51,270 bases of DNA, taken from assembly GCF_006345805.1 (NCBI RefSeq), contig NW_021834593.1, forward strand, positions 1-51,270, read 5' to 3'. Source of the DNA: Octopus sinensis. Its lineage: Eukaryota. Numbering within the stretch: the stretch's first letter is position 1; each line of letters begins with the position of its first letter. This document shows positions 12,962-25,121 of the stretch, piece after piece. The position numbers and the translations under genes are program-made. The notes beneath the pieces were generated by a model that saw only the letters and a program-made list of their open reading frames with translations, did not search any database and was not told the origin of the DNA.

Positions 12962-13175
12962 TTTCTACACTAGGCAGAAGGCCCTGAAAATTTTAGGGAA
13001 AGGAACTAGTCGATTACATTGACCCTAGTGTTTCACTGCTACTTAATTTATCGATCCCGAAAGGATGAAAGGCAAAGTCGACCTCGGCGGAATTTGAACT
13101 TAGAACGTAAAGGCGAACAAAATACCGTTATGCATTTCGCCCGGCGTGCCAACGATTCTACCAGCTCGCCGCCTT
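12690..13175 (-). mobile_element. Two tandem SINE family B copies separated by (AAT)n
   Basis: 12690-12900 and 12960-13175 each end in CCAGCTCGCCGCCT. Confidence 0.9.
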
Positions 13176-13260
13176 AATAATAATAATAATAATAATAATA
13201 ACGACAACGACAACAACAACAACAAAAATAACAACAACAACAACAACAATAATAATAATA

Positions 13261-13304
<44 letters not shown>

Positions 13305-13875
13305 TGAAATGAAATGAAATGAAGTGTGTAAGCTGATATTTGGATGGTAACAACGAACTGTAGCTCGTGCACGACTTGAGTGTAGTTTTATAATTGGGAA
13401 GGTTTTACGTCGTTTAAAATAGCAGAGAATGTATATTTTCAAAGTAGACTTCATTTCAAACATCCATGGCAACCACGTCGCAAAAGTCAACAAACAAAAC
13501 ACACACACCCACACAAACGCAATCATATACACACACACAAACACAGTCACACACGCATACTCAAAATACGACCGAACAGAAACCGACACAAGAATTTATC
13601 TTAAAACTTATAACGCGGGAAACGACTCATATTTCACTTAACTGAGAAACCATTCCAAACGAAAAATTGGACCGAAAGGACGGTCTTGCGATAAGGTATG
13701 GACACATAAAAATGCTTTAAAAACAACAACGACGACAATAAACAAATATAGTACCAATTCTAGAGCGATAGATTCAGAAAGAAGAACTACAAGCTTTCAC
13801 TTCTTGTTGGCAGCTAAAGGTCAGAAACACATAATTCTTCAGTTTTCAACAAACTCCTTATTTCTTCTCGTAGTT

Positions 13876-13908
13876 TTTATTATTATCGTTATTATTATTA
13901 CTATTATT

Positions 13909-13959
<51 letters not shown>

Positions 13960-14013
13960 GTTATTATTTATTATTATTATTATTATTATTATTTATTATT
14001 ATTTATTATCATT

Positions 14014-14079
<66 letters not shown>

Positions 14080-14199
14080 TTATTATTATTATTAATATAT
14101 TATTATCATTATCATTATATTATTGTTATTATTTTATTATTATTATTATTATTATTATCATCATCATATTATTATTATTATTATTATTTATTATTATTA

Positions 14200-14243
<44 letters not shown>

Positions 14244-14345
14244 TATTATTATTAATATTATTATTATCATTATTTATCATTATTATTATTTTATTATTTT
14301 ATTATTAGTAATATTATTATTATCATTATTTATCATTTATTATTA

Positions 14346-14392
<47 letters not shown>

Positions 14393-14490
14393 TTATTATT
14401 ATTTATTATATTATTATTATTATTATTATTATCATTATCATCATCATCATCATTATCATCATCAGCATTATTATTATTATTAGCATTATT
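13876..14490. repeat. (ATT)n trinucleotide microsatellite
   Basis: About 600 bp, directly visible. Confidence 0.97.
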
Positions 14491-15016
14491 AAAGCCATCA
14501 ATAATCTATATTACACGTGTGACACAATCGTCGGCCCTGTATTAGATTTGTAGATGTTGAAGGGTGACAGGACTCATGTAATAACATAGCCGAAGAAAAG
14601 ACGTAGTTTAAGCTACGTCAGAAACGCAGACAATCGGCCATGTTGTCAGTTCTTTGAGGGAGGTCTATTACATTTTATAACAACGTTGACGGCAAGAAAT
14701 AAATTCATAGGGCAATAAAAAAAAAATAGCAGTAAAAATTTTGTTCTTAGTATAGAGTTCTAATTGTTTTCGTTTTTTTTTCAGTCACTCTACTGCGGTC
14801 ATGCTGAGACACTACCTTCAGATATTGTAGGCGATAATATTGATCCCTGGGCGTATTTCGGTCTTCTATCTCTCTTTGTCGAATCGCTTTTTTACACTGA
14901 TGTGAGCATAAAGATACGTACATGAATCCATGCGAGCCTCGTATACATCTATACGTACGTATGTATGTGTGTGTACATACATATATATGCATATCTATCT
15001 ATCACTATATATATAC

Positions 15017-15216
15017 ATTATTTACATTTGACGGATATTTGTCCTCATCTTGTTTGTTGTTAATACAATGTTTCGGCTGATATACCCTCCAGCCTTCATC
15101 AGGTGTCTTGGGGAACTTTCGAACCTGGGATCTCATTCCTAAGGTATTTTGCGAGGTTGTTATTGTTATTGTTATTCTTCTTCTTATTATTATTATCATT
15201 ATTGTTATTATTATTA

Positions 15217-15286
<70 letters not shown>

Positions 15287-15310
15287 CCCAAGTTCGATTC
15301 CAGGCAGTGA

Positions 15311-15377
<67 letters not shown>

Positions 15378-15457
15378 AGCATCGAAAAATACCTTAGGAA
15401 TGAGAAGCCAGTTTCTAAATTTCCCCAAGACACCTGATGAAGGCTGGAGGGTATATG
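15017..15457. mobile_element. Inverted pair of a small hammerhead-bearing retroelement (Penelope-type terminus)
   Basis: 15080-15150 is the near reverse complement of 15386-15456; (AAT)n linkers; central CCAAGTTCGATTCCAGGCAGTGACCTG. Confidence 0.7.
15062..15107 (-). ncRNA. Minimal type I hammerhead ribozyme motif (slightly decayed)
   Basis: Minus strand: GACAC CTGATGA A GGCTG-GAGGGTATAT-CAGCC GAAAC ATT GTATT. Confidence 0.7.
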
Positions 15458-15509
15458 TGTGTGTGTGTGCACATACGTACACACACACATAAACACATGC
15501 ATGTGCGTG

Positions 15510-16075
15510 CATTGTTCAAAACGAGACCGAACTTTTGAAAAACGAATACGCGACTTTACTTACAATTTGTATCGGATTATTTCCCACGAAGAAAAGGTGT
15601 TCCTTCATTGCTTTCAAATAATCTCTCAACATTTTTGCTGTAGTCTTGTGCGCGTTCTGGAACGCGTTTTCAAGGATGTTGTGCAGTTCCTATGCTGAAT
15701 TTTCTTTTATATTTTCAGTATCTGAAATTGGTGACTCTTCGGGATGTATTTCATCTCTAGAAAGGAGAAGAAAAAATCTCCGCAGAAGCCATATTCGGTA
15801 AGTAAAATGACAGAGGGACTAGAATGATTTTGTGCCAGTCAAAAAGTCGTGGATAAGGAATAACGTGCAAGAAGGAACGTTGTCAAGACGAAGTATTTAG
15901 GTATGAGGCCTGTTTGCACTGTTTCTTTTAAACGTCGCAAGACAGTATTAAAATGAAGCTCTTTATCAATCGTCTGACCAAGTGGTATAAATTCAGGTTG
16001 AATAATTCCTTCCAATCGAAAGAGACGATCAATACCACGTGACGTGCTTTTGTTTTTGCATTTGCTACGGCAATG
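15510..16075 (-). pseudogene. Mariner transposase C-terminal remnant
   Basis: SFDW/EGIIQPEFIPLGQTIDKE...VLRRLKE, DNVPSCT (=DNAPxH) and YLPNMASAE (=YSPDLAPxD); TIR-like TGTTCAAAACGAGACCGAACT near 15513. Confidence 0.8.
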
Positions 16076-16535
16076 GTGATGACCCAAATATCAGGGACGA
16101 CTGACATTTGATTTCCTTCCCAACCACATGATTTTGGATTCAGTTCCACTGCGTAGAGCCTTTGTCAAAGTGCCATCTATTATACATCTGGGCCAACCAA
16201 AGAAAATCATTGCCAGTGGATTTGGTAGCCAGAAACTGAAGGAAGCTGGTCAAGTTGTTTTTTGCACCTTCTACAAATTGCTTGAAGCTTAGTAACTTCC
16301 TACGCCTTGATCCTTGGATCTTACCTTTACTCACACGGGTAGATTCCTGATTGTGACTCGTTTCCTATTTAGCACCTTTGTCATAATGAGGATCGCAAAT
16401 CCCCCAGAGGTCAACTTTGCCTTTCATCCTTGCGAATAAGATAGAATACATTCAAATGTTGACTCGTGATATTTAATCTTGAGTCGTTACGTTTCTGGTT
16501 TTAAGCCTTAAATTATAAACAGTTATTATTATTAA

Positions 16536-16866
16536 GTGAAGGCACATGGCTCAGTGGTTAAAGCGTCGGGCTCAATCATGAGGTAGTGAATTCGATTCCT
16601 GGACAGGGCCGTGTGTTATGTTCTTAAGCAAGTCACTTTAGCTCACGTTGCTCCAGTTCACTAAGCTGTAGAATTAAGTTGCGACATCACTGGTGCCATG
16701 TTATATCAGCCTTTGCCTTTCCTTTGGATAACACCGTTGGCGTGAAGAGGAAAGGCTGGTATGCATGAGCGACTGCTGGTCTTCCATAAACAATCTTGCC
16801 CGGACTTGTGCCTCGGAGGGGAACATTTTAGATGCAAACTCATGGTCATTCATGACCGAAGTGGTG
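16536..16866 (+). mobile_element. tRNA-derived SINE family D
   Basis: TGGCTCAGTGGTTA (A box), ATTCGATTCC (B box), CORE-like TTCTTAAGCAAGTCACTT; head and body related to the 28561-28791 copy. Confidence 0.75.
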
Positions 16867-17587
16867 GAGGGTGTTTTTTTTCTCTCTTTTTATCATATTT
16901 AAAAAAAGAAAAGCATAGAGCTGACAGAATTATTAACGTATCAAGAAAAAGAAAAATGCGCAGAGGCATTTCTTCCGAGTCTTTACATTCAGAGTTCACA
17001 TCTCGCCGAGAACAACCTTGCTTTTCATTCTTTCAGGGACAGTAAAATAAAATAGCAGACACGTACTGGTGTTGATATATAAGACTATCCCTTCCCACCA
17101 AAATTGCTGATCGAGTATCAAAAAAAGTATTTTGTCCAATTCGAAGAGTATTCTATTATGACGTCATTTCCATCTTGTTTTTTTTTTTTACAAGACCGAA
17201 ATTAAAGGGAGGTAATAACTCTGTTAGTTTTGATTTCTTTGTATTATTTCAATTGAATATTTTGATATATTTCTATTATGACGTCATAATCTGCCAATTT
17301 CTTTTCTAAATACGCGATGCGATTTGCTTTCGAGTTCATGTCTATAATGCTTCAACAGATACCAACATTGGATGTAGAGACAGCCTTGTGCATATTGAGA
17401 TGTTTCATCGACTGTATGAAAGGTAAGCACTTGATTCTAAACACACACACGAACACGCGCGCACACACACACACATACATGGTGGCCCAAAGTCACAGAG
17501 GAGTCTAAAAGTTTAATAAATTTGTTTTAATTACTTATTTTTTATTTGTAAATCAGAAAATGTGAATGTACATATATTTTCTGTAAA

Positions 17588-17597
17588 TACACACACA

Positions 17598-17639
<42 letters not shown>

Positions 17640-18235
17640 TACATACATACATACATACAATACATACAACATACATCATACATACATATACATACATACA
17701 TACACATACATACATACATGCATGCATGCATGCATGCATGCATACATACATACATACATACATACATACATACATACATACATACATACATACATACATA
17801 CATAATACATACATACATATACATACATACATGCATACATACATACATACATACATCATACATACATACATACATACATACATACATACACACACATACA
17901 TACACATACATACATACATTCATACATACATACATACATACATTCATACATACATACATACATACATACACATACATAATACATACATACATCATACATA
18001 TCATACATACATACATACATACATACATACATACATACATACATACATTCAACATACATACATACATACATACATACATACATACATTCATACATACATA
18101 CATACATACATATAATACATACACACACACACATACATACATACATACATACATACATACTACATACATACATACATCCTACATACACATACATACATAC
18201 ATACATACATTCATACATACATACATACATACATA
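17588..18235. repeat. (CA)n then (CATA)n microsatellite
   Basis: Directly visible. Confidence 0.97.
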
Positions 18236-18264
18236 TGTGCTGCTAAGTTATCGTAAATTTAAAA

Positions 18265-18644
18265 AAGCATAAATGAAATATTTCGTTTTTGGATTTGGTT
18301 TGCAAGATTCTTTATATGAGTTCGTGTGTTGAAGCATATTCTGTTGTGTCTGGAGAGAGTCATTTTCTTTTTGTGCCTTATAATTTAACACACTCACCGG
18401 TAAAATTTCCACTTATTTCTTATTTTTATTTTCTTAAAATTTTCGTTGTCTTGCAACCTTTTCAATATATCCTGACTATTGAAAAGGTTACAAGACTATT
18501 GAAAAGGTTGCAAGACTATTGAAAATGTTGCAAGATGCAACGAAAATTTTTGGAAGATAAAAATAACGAATAAGTGGAAATTTTACCGGTGAGTGTGTTA
18601 AATTATAAGGCACGAAAAGAAAATGACTCTCCCCAGACACAACA
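18265..18644. mobile_element. Head-to-head inverted repeat element with an internal 20-bp tandem triplication
   Basis: Arms 18342-18467 and about 18517-18644 are reverse complements; GACTATTGAAAAGGTTGCAA-like unit at 18474, 18494 and 18514. Confidence 0.75.
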
Positions 18645-19221
18645 TCATAACTGAATTATTAACACTTTTGTGACTTTTGAGCCATTCTGTACATAGATAC
18701 ATACATACATATATATACACCCATACACAAATATCAATGTATAAAATGTTAATATACAATAATTCTCCAAATATGATTTGCAAGCATTAACTATAGATAT
18801 TATTCCTGTCTCCAACGAACGAAGTTGATAGCCAACCGTTGATTAATATCGGAAAACATTTTAGTTTCAAACGATCCGGTTAAAATTATTTTGTTCTTTC
18901 TGTAAGGGCGTTTCTAAATGAAATAAATATAAAATGTAAAACTGAGGAATTTCCTTCATCTTCGTGTCGTAAAGCTGCTGCACTCTGTATTTGTGCAGCT
19001 ACGTCGTCCGTCATAGAAGAGGCAACTAAAACGAAATGCATCTCACGTTTTATTAGTCGATACGATTCTTTGTCGTTAGCAAAGAGATCAGCAGTCAGCT
19101 CTGGGCTCGCTACAAAGTGTGGTTTCACCAAACAGAACTGGAACTTATAGAGTAGAAACCCTGTTTTATCAGTGTAACGTTGAGCATAGGTACATGATCC
19201 TCAAATTAGTGGTCAGCAATA

Positions 19222-19400
19222 TTTTTTCTACTCTAGGCACAAGGCCCAAAATTTTTGGGGAGGGGTTCAGTCGATTGAATCGACTCCAGTACATAACTGG
19301 TGCTTAATTTATCGATCCTGGAAGGATGAAAAGCAAAGTCGATCTCAACGGAATTTGAACTCAGAACGTAAAGACAGATGAAATACAGCTAAGCTTGTCG
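19222..19400 (-). mobile_element. SINE family B (head truncated)
   Basis: CTCTAGGCACAAGGCCC tail and GATGAAAAGCAAAGTCGA core. Confidence 0.8.
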
Positions 19401-19419
19401 TACATGTATATCTATGTAT

Positions 19420-20005
19420 TTATGTGTGAGTGTGTGTCTTTGTGTCCGTTTATCAAAACAGTACGGTGCATTATAGGAAAACAAAAACAAAATTTTTAAA
19501 AAAGAGACATTATCGCGAGAAGAGAAATATTAACAGCTAATACTACCATCGTTTGACAACCGATGCTGGTGCGTTTATGTCCTCGTATTTTAGCGGTTCG
19601 GCAAAAGAGTCCGATATAATAAGTAATAGGCTTGCAAAGAATAAGTCCTGGGATCAATTTCTTCGACTAAAATCCTTTAAGGTGGTTCCCCTTAAAGAAT
19701 AAAAGGATAAACGAATATATATATATTCTTTTACTTGTTTCAGTCAATAGACTGCGGCCATACTAGGACCCCATCTTGAAGAATTTTAGTCGAATTAATC
19801 ATCATATGCGTTTATGTCTACCGGTACAACACTGGTCCTTTGTACTGTCTTTATCAACGCGTCACTTAACGATTCCATAAAGAAAATGTCAATAGAATAA
19901 AACCCACTCTGAAAGACATCCTGATGTCGTTGCCATTAACTGAAACCGTTGAAGGCACTGCTCTAGCATGGGCGCGGCTTAACAACAGAAATCAGTAAAA
20001 GATTT
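19420..20005. mobile_element. Cluster of SINE family A 3' halves, including a tail-to-tail pair
   Basis: TTGACAACCGATGCTGG at about 19553 (+), reverse tail at about 19725-19800, degenerate copy after it. Confidence 0.75.
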
Positions 20006-20039
20006 CTTTTAAAATACATACAATATATTTTTTCGGAAA

Positions 20040-20650
20040 GCGCCCATCTTTTAGCATTTATTGCATTTTATATAGGATGGTAGAATTAACTGCTAATATT
20101 TTCCTTCTCACCATAATGTCTCTATTTTATTATTTTTTATTTTTGGTCCCCTATAATGTACTGTACTGTCTCTGTAGCTTGAGTCACGGTGTTTACAATT
20201 TTCATGTTTACACTGAAATTTGTATATTAGATTAGTTATCTGAAATACGCTTTGTGGCTTGTATGTTTGTGGTTTCATGTAGGGAAGGACTTTCTCATTT
20301 ATTTTTTCTTTTCATTATTTTAAATTCTGTTGCTTTTGTAATATATTCTAATCGCTTATTTGTGGTTAGGTGTGATACATATTATGTCGTGTTTTATGAT
20401 TCTTTTTTTAACGACATATCCACCCATTGGGTAGCTTTTGGTTCATGAAGTATACTACAAGCGTGGGTTGTGTATTTTTACTGGATATTGTATCTGTAGT
20501 GTCTATGGGAGTAAATTCCTTGAAATTTTTCTACATGTTGGTCTCCTAACGCGTTCAAGAATTTCTTATTAAACAGTGTTTATTTAATTATTGCAAATTC
20601 CTTGTTTAAAGAGTCTTTTGTGGATGGAAACTTATAGGCTATTTATATTC
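20040..20650 (-). pseudogene. Penelope-like element remnant (RT thumb region plus GIY-YIG endonuclease)
   Basis: Minus translation: AYKFPSTKDSLNKEFAIIK*TLFNKKF (thumb-like), TNLIYKFQCKHENCKHRDSSY (GIY-YIG, about 20170-20236) and RKILAVNSTIL. Confidence 0.7.
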
Positions 20651-21185
20651 TAGAAGAGGTAAAAAAAAATTTGATAATTTCTTTTACTAAAGAATAATTA
20701 AGTTAAGAACGACAGGGGAAATTTTTCGTTAAAACATCCTGTAAGACATAATGCATTTTTACGTAACGTTGTCGACGCTTATTTATTTCGATTAAATTTA
20801 TTTTAGTTAACACAGGCCTAAATGGGGTTTTTTTTCTTCATTTTTTAATACGGGTTTTATTTGTGTATATGTATATATGAATGGTTTTTGTTTTATTCTT
20901 ATAATTTCTCCCTAACGTGCCGTTTTCAACAAGGCTCTTTCATTGGAATTTAGACAGCATCAAGCATGTATGTAATTATGTATGTATATTTGTGTTTGTG
21001 TGTGAACCTATTTGTATGGAATGCGTATGTATACAGTGCATGTGTGTGTGTATACTTTCTTCTCTATTTATTTAAGTTCTTCGCATAATTCAAACCGGTC
21101 ACTAACGAAGTGACAAAGCTTCTTTGTTTCATTGTTCGAGTGAAGACAGTTCCAGGGATTAGTAAATATATGTGCACATACATAC

Positions 21186-21225
<40 letters not shown>

Positions 21226-21502
21226 GTGTATGAGCAGATGTAGTTACACTCCTGTAATGGGTGTTCACGTTTCTTTTTGTTGCACGTAGTTTTCGTGCGG
21301 TGTGGTGTGTGTGTGTGTGTGTGTTTAATGCAGATACTGGCTTGGGTGGGTTCATTGTAGGAAACTCAAAAAGAAAAAAAAAATTGAGATTTTTTGCAAA
21401 TTTACCCTGTACCTGCAAACGATTGAATTTTGAGAATGCGACTCACATTGCTTTGTTCATTGAAACCCAGGCATTTAAAGGCCATTATACAAATCTATTG
21501 TT

Positions 21503-21612
21503 AAATGAATTTAACAACAAATGAATTTATGAATTTATTGTTAATGAATGAATTTATGAATTTATTTATAAATAAATGAATGAATTTATGAATTTATAAA
21601 TAATGAATTTAT
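21503..21612. repeat. Degenerate AATGAATTTAT minisatellite
   Basis: Repeated TGAATTTAT units. Confidence 0.8.
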
Positions 21613-21714
21613 ATTTCATGTAGTCTTATACACCGATGATAACGGGTACAGGTATCTTAAATGAACACAAGCACTTGTACGTTTCTCATTAGTTCATCAG
21701 GCATATTGTATTTA

Positions 21715-22085
21715 CATTCTTTTATTCTTTTATTCTTTTGCACGTTTCAGTCATTTGACTGCGGTCTTGCTGGAGCACCACTTTAGGGAGGGTTTTAGTC
21801 GAAGAAATAGATTCCAGAACTTATTCTTTGTAAGCCTAATACTTATTCTATCGGTTGTCAAGTGATAGTGGGGACAAACACAGACACAAAGACACAGGAA
21901 CACATAAATATATATACATATATATTTCAGTTTCCGTCTACCAAATCCACTCACAAGGCTTTGGTCGGACCGAGGATATAGTAGAAGACACTTGCCTATG
22001 GTGTCACGCAGCGGCACTGAACCCGGAACCATGTCGTTGGGAAGCAAGCTTCTTACTACACATAAGTATAACCACACCAGTGCCT
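21715..22085 (-). mobile_element. SINE family A
   Basis: Reverse complement of the family A sequence, with an internal deletion. Confidence 0.88.
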
Positions 22086-22104
22086 ATATATAATTTTTTT
22101 GGCG

Positions 22105-22720
22105 ACAAATTCACATCTGATATTTACAACTCTACCTGATCTCTGGGCTCTAACCCAAAGGACAGTATCAGGTATAGGTGCTTACACTCAGTGGCTGCTG
22201 CTATTGGAATACCGCTAAACAAAGAGGACAATCCTGCCAATGGATAGCTCGTAAATAGTTTTGGAAACAATATCATGTCTTGAGAGAAAGCAAGACCTTG
22301 TAAAAATGTTTTGGGTCAGATGTGGATATGTGTGATATATTCATGCTAGTGAGGCACTATTGACATTTTCTGTCACAACATGGTGCTTCAGGGGCGTCCT
22401 TATTTCTTCTCTAAACTAAGTTAATTAGCAGGTATGTTGTGTTCCAGCAAAGCGATAGTATACCCTTCCAGGTAGGATGTACTGTAACTATCAGCTGTCG
22501 ATGAGAAGCTACTCATGAGACAATATTGTTGTTAACTTCTAGTTTGAGGAATATTCACCTATGCACAACATTACACTGATAAAGCAGTGTTTCTCCTCTA
22601 TAAGTTTCAGTTCTTTGAAGTCAAACCATTTATCATTGGGTGCTATGGAATACAAGTATCCTAAGACTACATTTTTAGGAATTCTTCCACACTCTTACAG
22701 TTATAATTTTCATGTTGGGT
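22105..22720 (-). pseudogene. R4/Dong-like RLE non-LTR retrotransposon, C-terminal zinc knuckle plus restriction-like endonuclease
   Basis: Minus translation across frameshifts: TSYLEGYTIALLEHNI, CDRKCQ*CLTS..NISHI, SRHDIVSKTIYE, PDTVLW...VVNIRC (PD..D/E nuclease). Confidence 0.75.
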
Positions 22721-22738
22721 ACACATGTTATATACTCA

Positions 22739-22823
<85 letters not shown>

Positions 22824-22889
22824 CCTCTCTCTCTCTCTCTCTCACTCTCTCTTTACTGTTCGGTGAGTGCTAAGTGACACAAGGTGACA

Positions 22890-23050
22890 CTGAAAGGCTG
22901 TTTGGGCTGACGTTATTTTTCTGCCTCCATTCCATCCGTCTAACAGATCCAGTTAATATAGGTTTTTGCGCCTCTCTTCAACTACTCATTTTAGCATTCC
23001 AAATGTGGAACCAGCAATACTGGCTTCCGCGCCATCTGAAGTCTGCTAAT
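22890..23050 (-). mobile_element. Possible RTE LINE 3' coding fragment
   Basis: Weak KPILTGSV...RQK resemblance to the RTE C-terminus. Confidence 0.25.
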
Positions 23051-23315
23051 GCATTCATTTCTTTCAGATGCTTCGATAATAGTTTCAAATGTTGAGACAA
23101 GGTCAGCATTTTCGTAGGTGGCGGGTGGCTACTCGGTTACATCAAAGCCAGTGCTGAACTGGTATTTATTTTATGGACCCCGAAGAGATGAAAGGTAAAG
23201 TCGACATCTACGGAATCTCAGAGGCCTTAATAATAGCGCTAACATATGCAAATTCCACGTCAATTCCGTGATGCTTATACATATAGCATTTATCTTTGGA
23301 GACAGGTGAGATATA

Positions 23316-23769
23316 TTTCATTATAAACATAGAGGGGGAAAACAAAGGGATTAAATCGATTACATCGACCCCAGTGCGTAACTGGTACTTAATTTAGCGA
23401 CTCCGAAAGGATGAAAGGCAAAGTCAACCTCGGCGGAATTTGAACTCTGAACGTAACGGCAGACGAAATACGGCTACGCATTTCGCCCGGCGTGCAAACG
23501 ATTCTGCCAGCTCACCGCCTTGAAGACAGGTGAGATAAATATGTTTCTTTATTACCCACAAGGGGTTAAACATAGAGGGGACAAAGACAGACAAACGAAT
23601 TAAGTCGATTACATCGATCCCAGTGCGTAAATGGTACTTTATTTATCGACCCCGAAAGGATGAAAAGCAAAGTCGACCTCGGCGGAATTTGAACTCAGAA
23701 CTTAACGACAGACGAAAAACCGCTAAGCATTTCGTCCGGCGCGCTAACGTTTCTGCCAGCTCGCCGCCT
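23316..23769 (-). mobile_element. Two tandem SINE family B copies (tail type 2)
   Basis: 23316-23521 and 23545-23769, bracketed by three copies of AGACAGGTGAGATA. Confidence 0.9.
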
Positions 23770-23854
23770 AGGAGACAGGTGAGATAAATAGACCATCCAT
23801 ATCCATATAGTACGTCTACACAATAATCCACGATTAACGACCGATCGTGAGCAT

Positions 23855-24110
23855 TCACCTAAATCCATTCCTCAAGACCGTGAGAATATATTGTAACCCG
23901 ATGTAAATGTTTCTTGGTTTTTGTGATTACACCTTCAGGTCATCAATAAAAAATGAAGGTGTAGGTAACATTAAAATTCCTCTTCTTTGTAGATCTTAAC
24001 ATGTACCTTTGGCATTCCCAAAACAGGTCTGACAAGGTGTTCACTGCCAGGACAAACAGCACTGCAGACAAGTTGTCACTCTGAAATAACCTCGTCGATA
24101 ACCTCCTAAT
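23855..24110 (-). pseudogene. R4/Dong-like reverse transcriptase core fragment
   Basis: RLFQSDNLSAVLFVLAVNTLS (=GIFQGDSLSPLLF..ALNPLS), FIDDLKV (about 23931-23950) and GMDLGE (=GMxFG). Confidence 0.8.
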
Positions 24111-24204
24111 GGTTGCTTTGGTTCTTAGTTACAGTTGTGTGGAATCATGTTCTAGTCAGTCTTTTAATAGGATCGCATCGCAAGCTGTGTGTGTAGGCTT
24201 GTAT

Positions 24205-24206
<2 letters not shown>

Positions 24207-24236
<30 letters not shown>

Positions 24237-24726
24237 TGTATGTATGTATGTATGTATGTATGTATGCATGCATGTATGCATACATGTATGCATGCATGTA
24301 TGTATGTATGTATGTATGTATGTATGTATGTATGTATGTATGTATGCATGCATGTATGCATGTATGTATGCATGTATGTATGTATGTATGTATGTATGTA
24401 TGTATGTATGTATGTATGTATGTATGCATGCATGTATGCATGTATGTATGCATGTATGTATGTATGTATGTATGTATGTATGAATGTAAGTGTGTATGTA
24501 TGTATGTATGTATGTATGTATGCATGCATGTATGTATGCATGTATGTATGTATGCATGTATGTATGCATGTGTGCATGAATGTATGCATGGATGGATGGA
24601 TAGATGGATTGATGGATGTTTGTATGTTTGCATGTGTGTATATGTATATACCGCATATTCATGTAGGTATGTATCTATGCATGTACGCACGGATGAATTT
24701 ATATGTGTATGTACGCACGCATGTAC

Positions 24727-24760
<34 letters not shown>

Positions 24761-24828
24761 CAATGTATTTATGTATGCATATATGTATGCAATGTATGTA
24801 TGCATGCCTGTATGTACTGTATGCAATG
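24207..24828. repeat. (TATG)n microsatellite
   Basis: Directly visible. Confidence 0.97.
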
Positions 24829-24877
24829 TCCTTCCTCCTAAAACGGTTGATTCAATGCGTGTAGTGTGTTAAAGGGC

Positions 24878-25069
24878 TATATATCATGATAGATCGCTAG
24901 CCACTACACATTCTTTATTTTCTCTCCTTGTTTCTTCCCGTGTTCCTTTCTGTGGAAGAGCGTAGGTTCGAAACGTTAAAGACTTCTTCAAAATCCCGAA
25001 AGTTATACTAATACATCTATTTGTTGTCTACACCACCTGTCTTCGTCTTCTGTGTTTTTTGTGAATTCT

Positions 25070-25072
<3 letters not shown>
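24878..25072 (+). mobile_element. Small (TA)-flanked element with a hammerhead-like motif (probable Penelope terminus)
   Basis: CTTT CTGTGGA A GAGC-GTAG-GTTC GAAAC GTT AAAG at 24946-24981. Confidence 0.55.

Positions 25073-25117
<45 letters not shown>

Positions 25118-25121
<4 letters not shown>

Noticed and set aside
14535-14551. CCCTGTATTAGATTTGT resembling miR-10
   Set aside because: It lacks the TACCCTGTAG 5' end and has no complementary hairpin arm.
18474-18535. Three 20-bp direct repeats as a CRISPR-like array
   Set aside because: No spacers and a eukaryotic context; a simple tandem duplication.
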